This document shows positions 26,170 through 38,597 of a stretch of 64,000 nt of DNA, piece by piece. The translations under genes were made by a program, and so were the position numbers. The notes under the pieces were generated by a model. The model made no database searches. It saw only the letters and a program-made list of their open reading frames with translations, and was not told the origin of the DNA. The stretch spans positions 30,568,001 to 30,632,000 of the forward strand of contig CM052816.1 of assembly GCA_028534125.1 (NCBI GenBank), read 5' to 3'. Position 1 is the first letter of the stretch, and every line of letters begins with the position of its first letter. Source of the DNA: Lama glama. Its lineage: Eukaryota.

Positions 26170-28994
26170 ATCTTTGGGCACTAGAGTATCAGTTTGAGAA
26201 CAAAAAGCTTCAATAACCAGGATGTGAAGTCTGTATCTCTACCCTTTGAATTCCTGCTTGGCCATGTGACTTTAACTCATTAGTGGACATTACCAAATTT
26301 ATGCAAGCAATATTTTGAAAAATACTATCACCCTGCAGCTTGTCCACGCTTGCTATCATAAACCCGAAAACCATCATAGGCAGAGGTCCAGACTAGCTTT
26401 CTGCAGATGAGAAATCATGTGGAAAGACCTCCCAGATATCCATGACTCCCAGCCATCCCAGCTGAGAAACAGATCATGAAAACTACCCAGAAGGTCCACA
26501 GAATGTTAGAAAAAGAACACATATAAATGTGTACTATTTTAAGCTACTAAGTATTGCAGCAATTTGCTATAGAGCAAATACTAAGACAGAAGTTGATACC
26601 TAGAAACAGGGTGTTGCCAAACAAAATATAAAACATGTGGCATTAGACATGGGACCAGGAAGCAGGAAGAAGATGGAAAAACTGTGAATAAATTGTTAGT
26701 AAAAGCTAGATGGAACAAAGGGTAGGAAATGCTTAGTGAAGTCTGGAAAAATGGCACAGAAATTTCTACAACAGACTGGAAAAATAGCAACCCGTGTTAT
26801 ATAACAGAAAAACAATTGGCAAAACTGTTGCCTATAATAACTTGGAAGACAGAAAGTGTACCTAATCAACTTTTGTATTTTGGCTAAGGAAATCTCCAAA
26901 CAGAATGTTGAAAGTTTCAGTGGATGTGTATGGTTGTGTATGAGCTGAAGAAAGAACTATTCAGTTTCCAAGAAGAACTTAGACAAGAGGAGCCAGGGTT
27001 TGCATGGTTGGAAAACAAATCAGTCTCCCTAACTTGGAAAAAATAATTCTCAACAGAAGACAAGATGGAGAGCCAAAGACAAAATCAAGGATGCCACTCT
27101 AAGTTCCGTTGTTAAAGTCCTCTGAAAGACTTTGCTAGATTAAAGGTCAGTGAATCTAAGGCTGCTGAAATATGCCCATCTGACACCTGGCGCAAAGCAG
27201 GAAGAGGCTTGTCTTGAAGAGAAATGAAAATGTGACTTTCAGGGCATTGAACGCACCTAAATCGGATCCATGAGAAACCTGTCTTGGATTAAAACCATAG
27301 ACATAACTCAAAATGAAAAATAAAACTCTTTGGCCCTTAAAAAAAATTTCAAGAATTAAAAAAGAAAAGAAAAGAAAATGCTCAGTAAGACAGTGAGAGG
27401 ACATGCAGCCATCCTTTTGCCTTATTTCAAGTTGAAACTTTGTCTTAGCAACAGAAAAGTGCCCTATGGGGAAAAGACGTTTCATAAAGACAGCTGAGGA
27501 CTTGGGATAGATTGCTGTATAAATATTCACAGAACAGCATTGCCACTCAAACTATGTTGAATCCTAAGAAATACAGACTTAGAGGTAGAAGCAAGCCAAG
27601 TGTCTACTGAAGTATGACTGGGTAAACAAAATGTGGTCTATAGACACAGTGGGATATTATGCGGCCTTAAAAATGAAAGAAATTCCAGCACATGCTACAA
27701 CATGGATGAACGCTGAGAGCATTATGCTAAGTGAAATAAGTCAGTCACAAAAAGACAAACACTGTATGATTCTGCCTATGTGAGTTGTCTAGAATCAGCA
27801 TTCACAGAAACAAAGCAGAATGGTTTCCAGGGGCTGGCTGGGATAAGAGAGAATGAGGAGGAGTTGCTGCTTACTAGGTACAGAGTTTCAGTTTTGCAAG
27901 ATGGAAAAGTTCTGGACATTGGTTATACAGCAATAGGAATGTAATTAACACGACTGTACTGTACACTTAGAAATGGTTAAAATGGTAAATTTCATGTTAT
28001 GCATTTTATTAACCACAATAAAAAATTGTTAAAAAATTTTTTTCTACTTGTAAGAAGCAGAGTGAGATAATTTCTCAGCTGCAAATAATGGGCCATTTCT
28101 CGTATAAAAGGAAGAGTATTTCAGAGAGCAGGGTAAAATACCAGAGGGTGGAGCCAAAAGCAGAACAGAACTGCAGTACTGAGTGATCACTCCTGAACAC
28201 AAGACTTGGCCCCTAATCAGGAAACATTTTCTGTCCCCAGAATGGTGGGACCTAGTGATAGAAGCCTGGCTGGATTTCAGAATTGCTGCAAATCAGTGAC
28301 TGCTATGCTGTTGTCTTTCTTCTTTTTGAATGGTAGTCTGTGTGTCAACACTGTTTGCTGGATGTTGGATGTATGTAATGTCTATAACTTGTCCTTTTAG
28401 TTCACCATTTCTGGGTCAAGAACTCCATCCAAGGAGCTTCATCTGCAATGTAGAAGTACTGAATCATTTGATGAGACTTTCTGGGTCACTGAGGTGGGTA
28501 GAAGCTTATCTCATCTGTGGGTGGACTGGGACTTACTGGGAGCTAAGTGGGCTCTCTGAAAGAAATGCTGACAGTACTTCACAGCCTCTCCCAGGAAGTT
28601 GTCAAGTCTATGCCCCAGTCCCTTAAATTTCAACTTGTCTCTGACTTATGTTGACAATAGAATATATGTAAAGACGATTCAAGCTAAGGCTTACAGTTGG
28701 ATTTCACACTGAGTCTCCCCCTCTTTTGCTGTTGGGAACTCTGGTATGACTGTGTGACAAATCCTAATCTAGCCTCTTGAACATGAGGGACCACAAAGAG
28801 AGGGCCCAGCCATGGCCGTGACAGAGAAGTCTTAGCTAAGGTCTCAGTCCTAAGAGTGAGGACATTGTAAACCACTCAGCTCCAGATGACCCAATCCACA
28901 CACCCTACTGAATTCTGATCAGTATTAAATATGTACTATTTTAAGCCACTAAAATTTAGGGTGGCTTATTATTCAGCAAAAGATAAGTGAGACA
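26170..28994 (+). mobile_element. MaLR (MLT1F/G/H-like) provirus: 5' LTR ~26170-26588, internal ~26589-28540, 3' LTR ~28540-28994
   Basis: Two same-strand LTRs both end tgtactattttaagc.actaa...agaca. The internal region starts gaagttgatacctagaaacagggtgttgcc and contains ttggcaaaactgttgcct and ggctaaggaaatctccaaacagaatgttgaa. Confidence 0.8.
27580..28036 (+). mobile_element. L1MB-like 3' end nested in the MaLR internal region
   Basis: catgctacaacatggatgaac...cattatgctaagtgaaataag, ggtacagagtttcagttttgcaagatg and aatggttaaaatggtaaatttcatgttatg, then an A tail. Confidence 0.9.
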
Positions 28995-29459
28995 GGTGGT
29001 AATCTATAGTCTTTATGAAGTAATTATAATTTGTCTTAGTTTTCACAGTGCCCTTATTACTGAATTAATAATATAGCTTCCCAAGATTACTAATTTATTA
29101 AGTCACTTGCCTAATTTAACTATAAGTGGAATTTCTTGAACTTCTCTTTTTTTTCCACTGCTCACAACTAAACAATCTGCCACAGAGCTGGTGGTATCAA
29201 TCTAGGATGAAAGACACATTTCACTAAAAATTTCCAACTTATAAGAGATACTCTGTGCAGAGCAAGGCAGATAGCAAGGCCAGAGCACGTGCTATGGTGA
29301 TTCTATCAGAGTCAAGTGGTCCTTGTTCCTAGCCCCATGGAGCTCCCGCTTCCTCACTTGGGAAAGCAAGGCATAGCACAAACTACTCTTAGTGACTTTA
29401 GAGGCTAGAAGCAGTTGCTAGAAGTGCCAGATAATTCTTGAAGTAGAGATGCTCATTTT

Positions 29460-30749
29460 AAGTTTTTTTGAAAATTTAAGTATAGTCAATTTACAATGTG
29501 GTGTTAATTTCAGGTGCACAACATAGTGATTCAGTTATACATATAAAATATATATTTATATATATATATTCTTTTTCATATTCTTTTTCATTATAGGCCA
29601 TTACATGTTGGACAGCTGCCTATAAATCAATGAAATTACAACACTCCCTCACACCACACACAAAAATAAACTCAAAATGGCTTAAAGACTTAAACTTAAG
29701 AAACCATAAACCTTTTAGAAGAGAATATAGGCAAAATATTCTCTGGTATAAATTGTAGCAGTGTTCTCCTAGGGCAGTCTACTGAAAGGCAATAGAAGAG
29801 GAAAAAAACAAATGGGACCTAATTAAACTTATATAAGCTTTCGCACAGCAAAGGAAACCATGAATAAAGTGAAAAGACAACCTACGAAATGGGAGACAAT
29901 ATTTGCAAATGATGTGACTGACAAGGGCTTAATTTTCAAAATATACAAACAGCTCATACAGTTTAATATCAAAGAGACAAACAACCCAATCCAAAAATGG
30001 GCTGAAGACCTAAACAAGCAATTCTCAAGAAGGCATACAGATGGCCAATAGGCACATGAAAAAATGCTCGATATCACTAATTATCAGAGAAATGCAAATC
30101 AAAACTACAGTGAGGTATCTCCTCACACTGGTCACAATGGCTATCATTAAAAGTCCACAAATGATAAATGCTGGAGAGGGTGTGGAGAAAGGGAACCCTC
30201 CTAAACTGTTGGTGGGAACATAATTTCTTGTATCCATTATGGAAAACAGTATAGAGATTCCTCAAAAATTAAAAATAGACTTAACCTCTGATCCAGCAAT
30301 CCCACTCCTGGGCATAATCTGGACGAAACTCTACTTCAAAAAAATACCTGCACCCCAATTTTCATAACAGCACTATTTACAATAGCTAAGATACGGAAAC
30401 AACCTAAATGTCCATCAACAGATAACTGGATAAAGAAGTTGTGGTATATATATATACAATGGAATACTACTCAGTCATAAAAAAGAATAAAATAATGCCA
30501 TTTGCAGCAACATGGGTAGACCTGAGACTGTCATACTAAGTGAAGTAAGCCAGAAAGAGAAAGAAAAATACCACATGATATCACTTATATGTGGAATCTG
30601 AAAAAAAAAAAGACACAAATGAACTATTTACAAAACAGAGTCAGACTCACAGACATAGAAAAAACTTACGGTTGCCAGCGGGGAAAGGGAGTGAGGACGG
30701 ATAAATTGGGAGTTTGAGATCTGCAGACACTATCTACTTTACATAAAGT
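29460..30749 (-). mobile_element. 5'-inverted L1 insertion (minus-strand 3' end 29460-~29606; inverted block ~29609-30749 reads on +) with 13-bp TSD
   Basis: ORFs 29860-30051 and 30041-30223 match the L1 ORF2p C-terminal region. The antisense 3' terminus lies at the left. TSD agatgctcatttt at 29447-29459 and 30750-30762. Confidence 0.92.
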
Positions 30750-30779
30750 AGATGCTCATTTTCAATAATAGTTTTTTAA

Positions 30780-30950
30780 CCCCTTGCTCATAAAAGTATG
30801 GTTCTCAGACCAGCAACACTAGCATCACCTAGAAGCTTGTTAGAAATCCAGAATTACAGTTCCTATCCCAGACCTACTGAGTCAGATTCTGCAAGTTAAC
30901 ACAATCCCTGGAGGATGGTACATATGCTAAAATTTGGGAAGCATTAGTCT
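30780..30950. mobile_element. MER5A/B-like hAT-Charlie DNA transposon
   Basis: agaccagcaacactagcatcacctagaagcttgttagaaat...cccagacctactgagtcaga...aaatttgggaagcatt. Confidence 0.88.
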
Positions 30951-31106
30951 ATTCTCTGGTCAAAAGCATATAGGTCATGATACTAAACATACTCAAAATT
31001 TCTGCAAAGCTACTAACTGAGGGGCTCAAGCTCAGAGCCCCTCTTTTGTTGCCATGAAAACCATGAAGTCATATATGCATCATCTAAAGTCCAACAACTC
31101 CACATG

Positions 31107-31190
31107 TCTTAGGTTGAATCATACACAGTTGTCTGTGTTCCACTGTTCTTGACTAACAGGACCAGCAACTGTATAGCGTTCTACCTAGTA
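31107..31190. mobile_element. MADE2-like mariner MITE (~80 bp)
   Basis: Degenerate terminal inverted repeats ttaggttgaatcata ... tatagcgttctacctagta, with length and internal sequence like MADE2. Confidence 0.7.
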
Positions 31191-31204
31191 CTTTGAGAAG
31201 CTCG

Positions 31205-31440
31205 ATACAGTATGAAGAACGGGTCCTTACAACCATGCCTGTCTGTGTTCAAGAACCCCAGTTTCTCTACCTGTTAGTTCCATGACCTTGGGAAGAAATT
31301 ATTTAATCTTAAGTTTTAGTTGTGTAACTTGGAAAATATAGATAATAATCATTTATTTATAACAGAATTACAAAGATTCAATAAGAAAATACATGTGATT
31401 ATGCCTAATGTAAAGGCTGGTTCATGGTAGGAACTACATT
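31205..31440 (+). mobile_element. MIR, near full length
   Basis: gtgttcaagaacccc...catgaccttgggaag...tttaatct...aagattcaataaga...ctggttcatggtagg. Confidence 0.75.
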
Positions 31441-33276
31441 GGTGTGTGTCCTCCTTGTGATTAGGATTTGGCTATCAAATTGAAGATGGCAGACATTTAA
31501 ATGCATTAGAAACATGAGTGTTTGGGGGTCCTGAGTTGATGGTCTATAGGTTTTAAGGCAGGAAGGAAATATTTCTTACTGCTTTCTTAGTTCTCATTGG
31601 CTACTTAGGAAGACGCTTCCACACTCTCAGGATATCAGGTCTCCAGCTGATTGCTTTGCCAGCCTTGTACAAAAGCATGCCCCACTGGTCGGAAAGAACT
31701 GAACTGCTTATTCTCTTCCTATTTTTTTCCCCTTCAGCAATGTGACCTTCTCTTTAGAGTATTAGCAATGAACTCAGAAAAGAGTTTATACTGCCAGCTG
31801 TGGGTTCAGATAAACAGGTTTGTATTAATCCACTGAGTAATTGGGAACATTTCATCTAATAAGGCATCTTGCTTAGCTCATGCCAAGTGACCTGGGTGAA
31901 TCCAAGATCTGCTGTATCATCTGCTTAGAAGAGTAAATTTGATTGTGAACATACTTCCATGGTGTCATACTATAACACTAAAGACAAATTGGGAAGTTAG
32001 GGGCTGACCTGAAAGACACAACAATTTCAGCTGAATTCATGTCCCACCGAGATCTTCAAACACCATTTCACAGAAGCCAGTTTCATGCATTACTAGAGCA
32101 ATTACATTTCATAGTCGACTGTTGTAATTCATGTAGTTTCATGCAAGAAATGAAATAAAACTGTCTACTCATTTTACAGTTTACACAGACTTGAAGTATA
32201 GCAGAGGGGAATCTTTCTATAATCGTCCACACTAACAGATCCCACAGAGTGGCATGTTCAGGGAGTGAAAGTCAGAGAAGACGATAAAAATTTAAGAAAA
32301 ATATATGCAGTTTAATTTTAAAAGTCTTACTTCCTAAAAGTTACACACAGGACAGCAGAGATTATCAACACGAGGATCGGGCAGAGACAGAGGCGAGGGA
32401 GGCTGTATCTAATGGAAATACTCTATTAGTTATCATTGGTTGCATTTGCACGGGCTTCCAGTAATACAGTACCTTTATAAATATGTATTTTGAATCTATA
32501 ATTCAATTATATTTACCATAAGCCTGGTTTAGAGAAAACTGACTTCTTTAGAGCTCATGGAAGCCATATAAATCTGTTTATTGACGAAGCAGGGCTGTTA
32601 AGTGCTCCAGAAATCCTTAATAAAAAGATACCATCATGAGTAGCAGACAGGAGCATAAACTAGTCATATTGAATGTGTTATTTACCAAGAGCAAAGTATT
32701 ATCTAAAACTACAGTTTCCATAGGTGAAGGAAAACATGTTTAACGCACCCACATTCCCGGTCTCTGGAAGGACACTGAAATTTGTTTGAATCACTGCCAG
32801 GGGAGCCACAGCGTATCAGGATCTGACTTGCTGGAGCCAAAATTAAGTTTATCCTCACATTCTGGCCTGTGTAATAGAGAGACAGATCATATTGTGGTTG
32901 GCAGCAAACTGGAGCTGAGCCATGTATGAATTGAGAGTGAGCAAAGAGAAGTTACTTAGAGAAAAGAGAATATAACAGTGCAATCAGAAATGACCCTTTA
33001 AAGTGCACCTGGACAACATTGCACACACTCGTTTGGCTCTCATGTTTGGACTTACAGGCACAAAAAAAGACTGTCCAGTTTAGTCCAGTTGCTTTTCTAA
33101 ATGAGAAAGTCAAGTTTTAGAGCAGTTACAGGCTCAACCTCCCAGCATTATTTAAAATTCCTGGGTTCTTCTACTCTCTGCTCTGAAACTGACTTCAGCG
33201 TTTTTATTCTTTTCCACTAAAACTCACTGATGATGATAAGTCCTGGGTAGTTACAGACCCCTTAGCTTCCTCAGAT

Positions 33277-33535
33277 CATTGCTTTCCAAACACACCACTG
33301 TCGTAATTTTTGTCACATTCATATAAATCATATCATAGTACTTATTTAATAGTGTTAATATTTCTTCTTTGAATATTCTCATTTTTAACTTGTCATAAAG
33401 GCATTGCTGAAGTTAAAGATCTGAGGTATCTGATGTTTAATAATAAGCATAAATAATTACATTATTATTCAGATAAAGAGATTAATTTGGTTACAGTCTG
33501 TAATCATATCATGTATCTCACGTTGGGAAACACTG
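33277..33535. mobile_element. hAT-Charlie-type non-autonomous DNA transposon
   Basis: Inverted termini cattgctttccaaa ... ttgggaaacactg surround an AT-rich body. Confidence 0.6.
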
Positions 33536-33544
33536 TCATCTATT

Positions 33545-33680
33545 TCTGTCTGCGACATTTATTGAACTATTACTGACTACTAAACGCTGTGTTAGGGGCT
33601 AAGTTGGAAGATAAATAAAGACATATAAAAATATGGTGTAGGTTTCTAAAATTTAATAGAAGATAGAGGCATATATACAA
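33545..33680 (-). mobile_element. L2 3' end
   Basis: acatttattgaactattact...ctgtgttaggggct...gataaataaagaca. Confidence 0.55.
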
Positions 33681-34044
33681 ACGGTGTCGAGGAGGAAACG
33701 GGGGGGGGGGGACAAGAGCTACGTTGAAGCTGAACTTGACAATAAATGGACTTGAGGTTGGATATCTGAGCACTGCCATTTCAGTCCATGAAGGTCTTAC
33801 ACTGTGGTGCAGAAAACAAAGCTTTGAAACTGGAGTGAATGGGAATCATAATTACGTCCCAAAGAACTATTTTCAAAAAGAAGTGTCCTTTTTATCTCCA
33901 CATACACTATTTGAACTTTGTTTTCATTTATCTCAACCTACAATTTTATCTAAGCCTGCTTATTGCACCATAGATATAATGATGATAGGGTCTTTTAGCA
34001 GGTATGACATTCTCCAGAGAGGGACAAACAGAAGAAAAGAAAAC

Positions 34045-34271
34045 TGATGGGAAGGGATAGACGGGATTTCAAAATTGTAGAACAGATAAACAAGGTTACA
34101 CTGTATAGCACAGGGAAATATACATAAGATCTTATGGCAGCTCACAGAGAACAAAATGTGACAATGAATATATATATGTTCATGTATAACTGAAAAATTG
34201 TGCTCTACACTGGAATTTGACACAACATTGTAAAATGATTATAACTCAATAAAAAATGTTAAAAAAAAAAA
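34045..34271 (+). mobile_element. Young L1 3' UTR stub with 13-bp TSD
   Basis: Closely similar to 23530-23747 and has an A tail. TSD aagaaaagaaaac at 34032-34044 and 34272-34284. Confidence 0.93.
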
Positions 34272-35698
34272 AAGAAAAGAAAACCAAAAGCCCAAAGCAA
34301 ACAAATGTTTCTAAGTTGCAGGGCTCCATTTGGGAAAAAATTGCTCTGGATACCAAATCATATTTCTGGGACAATCAATGTTTTTAATTAAAAACAAGCA
34401 ATCTGCTGTCACTAAGGTTGAAATATTTTGATCCTTTACATGATAATTCACAAAGATGGAACTTCAACAGGCTAATTATTTTGCCTCTAGAGATTCTTGT
34501 TCTCTGACTCAGCCACGTTCCAGACTCTGTTTTACAACTATTAGAGAAAGTGGATGTGACATGATATATTTTTGTTGGAAGAACATAGGTTTTCTGGTTT
34601 GTGTCCACAACAAATGTGGACACAAGATCAGCCATGTTCCCATACAAAGGGCAAATGGGTCATTATTGCCTCTGACAACTCAAGTAATGCATGAGCCCCG
34701 CATACGCTGCAGTGCAAACTTTCTCTTAGGTATAAGTAAGTGGGACCCAGTGGGAAGGTACTTTGTCTTTTTGGCCTCTTCTCCATCAGCAGTTCTTTCA
34801 TTAATTTTACCAACATGTCTGCTTGAATAGAGCCATGAAATAAACCAAGAACCAAGACATTTAAAACCTTGAACATGACTGGGAGCTATGGTTAATTTTT
34901 ATTAAGGCACATAGAGTTTAAGGTGGAAATAAGTTTTAATAGGTACTCATGGTGGAGTCAGGAGAAAGAATCTTCCAGGGTCCCTAAGCCCTCCCTGAGA
35001 AGTTACTGAGAGGGCAAGCGAGAGAGAGAGAGGACGAGCAGAGAGATGGCTGGTTCCAGCTGTGTATGGCAACTGCTGGTTCTTTAAAATTCCTCCAGCC
35101 ATGGATGCCTCATGAACACAACAGAAGCCACACTTCTTGAGTACTTTGCGGAACATTTGGGAAGTACTGTATTATTCTACCAAGCAAGGATGCCACTTAC
35201 TTTCCTGAGAGCTCTGCTGAATTTAGAGATCACTAGGGGAAAGTTCTATACTTGAAAGGATACTCCCAGCCAAAGCTCTCACCCTATGAAATAACTGATT
35301 CAAAAGTCAGAGACTCCACTGACCTCCAGGGCATTGGATATGTCTCAGTAATTTGATCAGCCTGTTGGCTCGTGGAGTTCAAGGGGAACATGTATCTCCT
35401 AGAGGATGTTCAGAGGAGTGTAAGTTTAGGGCACTATCTAGTTATTGCTGCCTTTCTAGCATGCTGATTATGCTGCTGTTTTCAATTATGCAAATATACC
35501 CAGAGGCTCTGGCAGTAGGCAAAGGCTCCGTATAAACATGAGTATACACGAACACGTACACATCCATCCTGTTGCTCTTTTGTCATCTCTTTGTGTCTAT
35601 GATTTTTTTTCAATTCCCTTCCACATACAGCATCACCACAGCAGTTACATGCACACTATATTTTGCATTTTCTAAGAATTAACCCTCCAAATAAAAAC

Positions 35699-35782
<84 letters not shown>

Positions 35783-35872
35783 AAAAGAAAAAAGCAAGCA
35801 AGAAAGAGAAGGGAAGAAAGAAAAGAAAAGGAGGGAGGGAGAAAGGAATGGAGGAAGGAAACAAAAAGAAAC
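35699..35872 (+). repeat. (GAAA)21 microsatellite with purine-rich tail
   Basis: Perfect GAAA units at 35701-35784, then a degenerate A/G tract. Confidence 0.98.
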
Positions 35873-36239
35873 ACATTTCAAATATTCTTACTTGCCTCTT
35901 TTTCCATTTTAGTACTTTATCTAAGAGCCATTTTTCCTTTCTCAGTGTTTTAAAGATATTAGGACCTTCTCCATGAAAGACTTTTTTATGAAGGCAGGCC
36001 CCTGTTGAATCCTATTCAGTCCCAGAAGAACTCATTAACAGGTTGTCTGAGTAATAAGGCTATTTCAATGCATGGGTTATGGGAACAGCCTCTTTTTTAT
36101 GCTATATCCAGATTTCACTGTAGACACCACATTCCAGTGGGGTAGCTGCCTTGGCAAGGATGGCAGCTCTCAACTGGCACCTCTTCTTTGCCATCCTCTT
36201 TGGATGGGGCCGAGATTCCTTGGGGGAATAAGGTATATC

Positions 36240-36545
36240 TTCTCATGTTTCCATAGCATCTCTCTACTAACACATATCACTTCAATATAAATGTCTATTA
36301 CTTATCTTCCTCTCTCCCTAGGATAGGAGTTTCTTTAGGGTAGGGACCAACTTTTATATACTCTTTTTTTAAATTGAAGTTTGGTTTATTTCCAGTGTGT
36401 ATTTGTTTCTGGTGTACAGCATAGTGATTCAGTTACACACATTTTTTTTAATATCCTTTTTCATTTTTATATACTCTTTACCCACCTAGTAGAGCACCTA
36501 CCACACAACCTGGTGCACTACTGCTCTTCTTCAAAGAATGTTAAT
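36240..36545 (+). mobile_element. L2 3' end, split by a short L1 stub
   Basis: ctcccta ggataggagtttctttagggtagggacc ... agagcacctaccacacaacctggtgcac. Confidence 0.65.
36367..36464 (-). mobile_element. 98-bp L1 3' terminal stub with 15-bp TSD
   Basis: Antisense L1 terminus (aattgaagt...tttctggtgtacagcatagtgattcagtta). TSD ttttatatactcttt at 36352-36366 and 36465-36479. Confidence 0.9.
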
Positions 36546-36859
36546 TCCCTTCCTTCTCATTTATTCCTATCCCTCCCTCCTTCAGTGTCATCATCTTGAT
36601 TTCTCACCTTCTTCCTCTCTTTTCAGACTGACAGCTACAGATTAGAATATTAGATCTGAGTTCCCGATTTATATTTGCTGTTGTTGGTAGCATCTTTACC
36701 TTTTCTTATCATTGTTTAATGAACATAAGGGGATCTGTCCATCTGGAAAGAGAGGACCCTGGAATTCCTGTCTAGGAATGACTTTAACCGTTATTTCTGC
36801 AACGCTTCCTGTGGTGATTGACTATGGAAATAAAGGCCTAGTGTCCGTTTAGATCATAC

Positions 36860-37440
36860 TCAGATATTATCAAGGGTATGGGAAGTTGGGGCTCTTATCC
36901 ACTGCTGATGGGGGTGTGAATCTATATACTTTGGAAAGCAACTTGGCACTGTCTCATGAGGTGAGACACAAACACACACACACAAAGTCCCAGCAAGTCT
37001 GCCTATAGCTTATATACTATAGGAATACAATGCATGATCTCAAAGAAGTTTGCAAAATATGTTACTACTGCATTGTTTATAAAGGTAAATATATTAAAAA
37101 AAAAACAAGTGTCCAATACAAAAGGAATTGATTATGTGTATCAGTATCCAATGGCTAAGAGGAATAGGTATGTGGGTGGTAACATGGAAAGATATAAAAT
37201 TATATCACGGATAAAAAAGAAAATTACATATATATGATATAATTTATGTGATATAAAAAGAAACTCAAAATAGACACATAATATAAATGTATGGACATAT
37301 ACTCACATTGATACAACCACATATAGCAAAGGAAATAGATTGTGGATGGTGATAGAAGACACTTCAGTTTTATCTGTAATAGTTGATTTTACAAGGAGAG
37401 TGTATTTGTGTATTAGATATGTTACTAAAATAATTTGTAA
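36860..37440 (+). mobile_element. Ancient L1ME-like 3' end
   Basis: ctcttatccactgctgatgggggtgtgaat...ctttggaaagcaacttggca and actgcattgtttataa...aagtgtccaat. Confidence 0.65.
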
Positions 37441-38089
37441 TGTCCTTATTTAGGGTGGTTTTCACAAAATACAGAATTAAACCAAATTTAGCTCTTACAG
37501 AGTTCACAATTCCATGTCTAGAAGTAGATGAATTGATTCCAGGGTTACCCATAGGATTATCCGTGCACAGGAGTAATTTGTTTATAGTGCCTGCTTATCC
37601 ACTTTCCAGTATGTCTATCTCCATGTTAAGTGACATTCACTATTGTTCTAGGTGTACAGGGCATCAAGCTGCCCTCTGGCTCTTAGAATGCATGTGCTTT
37701 GTGAGGTCTTCCTTACAGATCATTCCATGCACAGATACCTCTCCTCCAAAATTACTTCCCCCTGTGTCTTCTTTAATTTCTTAGTCCATGACAAATGGCC
37801 AATGGGATGTTAATTTAAACAAGAATTAAAATTGTTATTTTCATTACTCTACCCAAATGGCAATTATAAATTTGACTACCTCTTTGATGGCAACTGTTGA
37901 GAATAAAGGGAATTTCAGGAATGTCTGCATATATAGCAGGTGCCCTGGTGTAGGGTATAATTTTAGGGGTGGGAAGAAGGCAATGGCTTCTTCCAATTCT
38001 TTCCCATCTAATTAATGATATTTAAAATTCAACAGCTTATTATCCATAAGCTTAAAAATTGGAAGTAGACTCTTAAAAGATTCCACTTA

Positions 38090-38597
38090 ATTCAACATTC
38101 TGAAATTTGAGTCCACAGAATCCACAAGACATTCATGAATGGACAACAAGAGTGGAAAAATATTACATCTTTATTTTCACTAATCTCCACCTAAAACTTA
38201 ATATTATCTTCAATTATTAATGTGTGCAACATGTACAGTAATATTGGCAGAAATTGCAACTTGTCACCAATAGAAATTACATGTATTTTCATATTACGTT
38301 ATGGTTGTTGCAAAAATGGCAAAATACTGCTTACCTTCATCATTACCTAGAAATTACAGTCATTCATTATTAGACTGGGTGCCAGAACTTTATTTAGTAT
38401 GCTAATTAAAGTATATATATTATATATTACAGTTTAAAAATATTTCAATAATTAAATTCCGATAAAAATTATTTCTTTTATGATATTATTTTTAAAGTAT
38501 CTTATGTAATTAAGAACGTTATTCTAGAACCAGCTTCCATAAGCATCCACTAGACTGCTAAAGTGGTTCACTGCACAAAAAACTTAAAGAACTATTG
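38090..38597. mobile_element. Charlie4-like hAT DNA transposon
   Basis: ttacatctttattttcactaa, ttgtcaccaatagaaat and the terminus ccactagactgctaaagtggttcactgcacaaaaaacttaaagaac. Confidence 0.75.

Noticed and set aside
31019..31050. Perfect 9-bp hairpin followed by a T run, like a bacterial intrinsic terminator
   Set aside because: Mammalian context with no upstream gene; one such hairpin in 64 kb is compatible with chance.
35656..35953. KERK and FFLS repeat ORFs
   Set aside because: They are translations of the (GAAA)n microsatellite.
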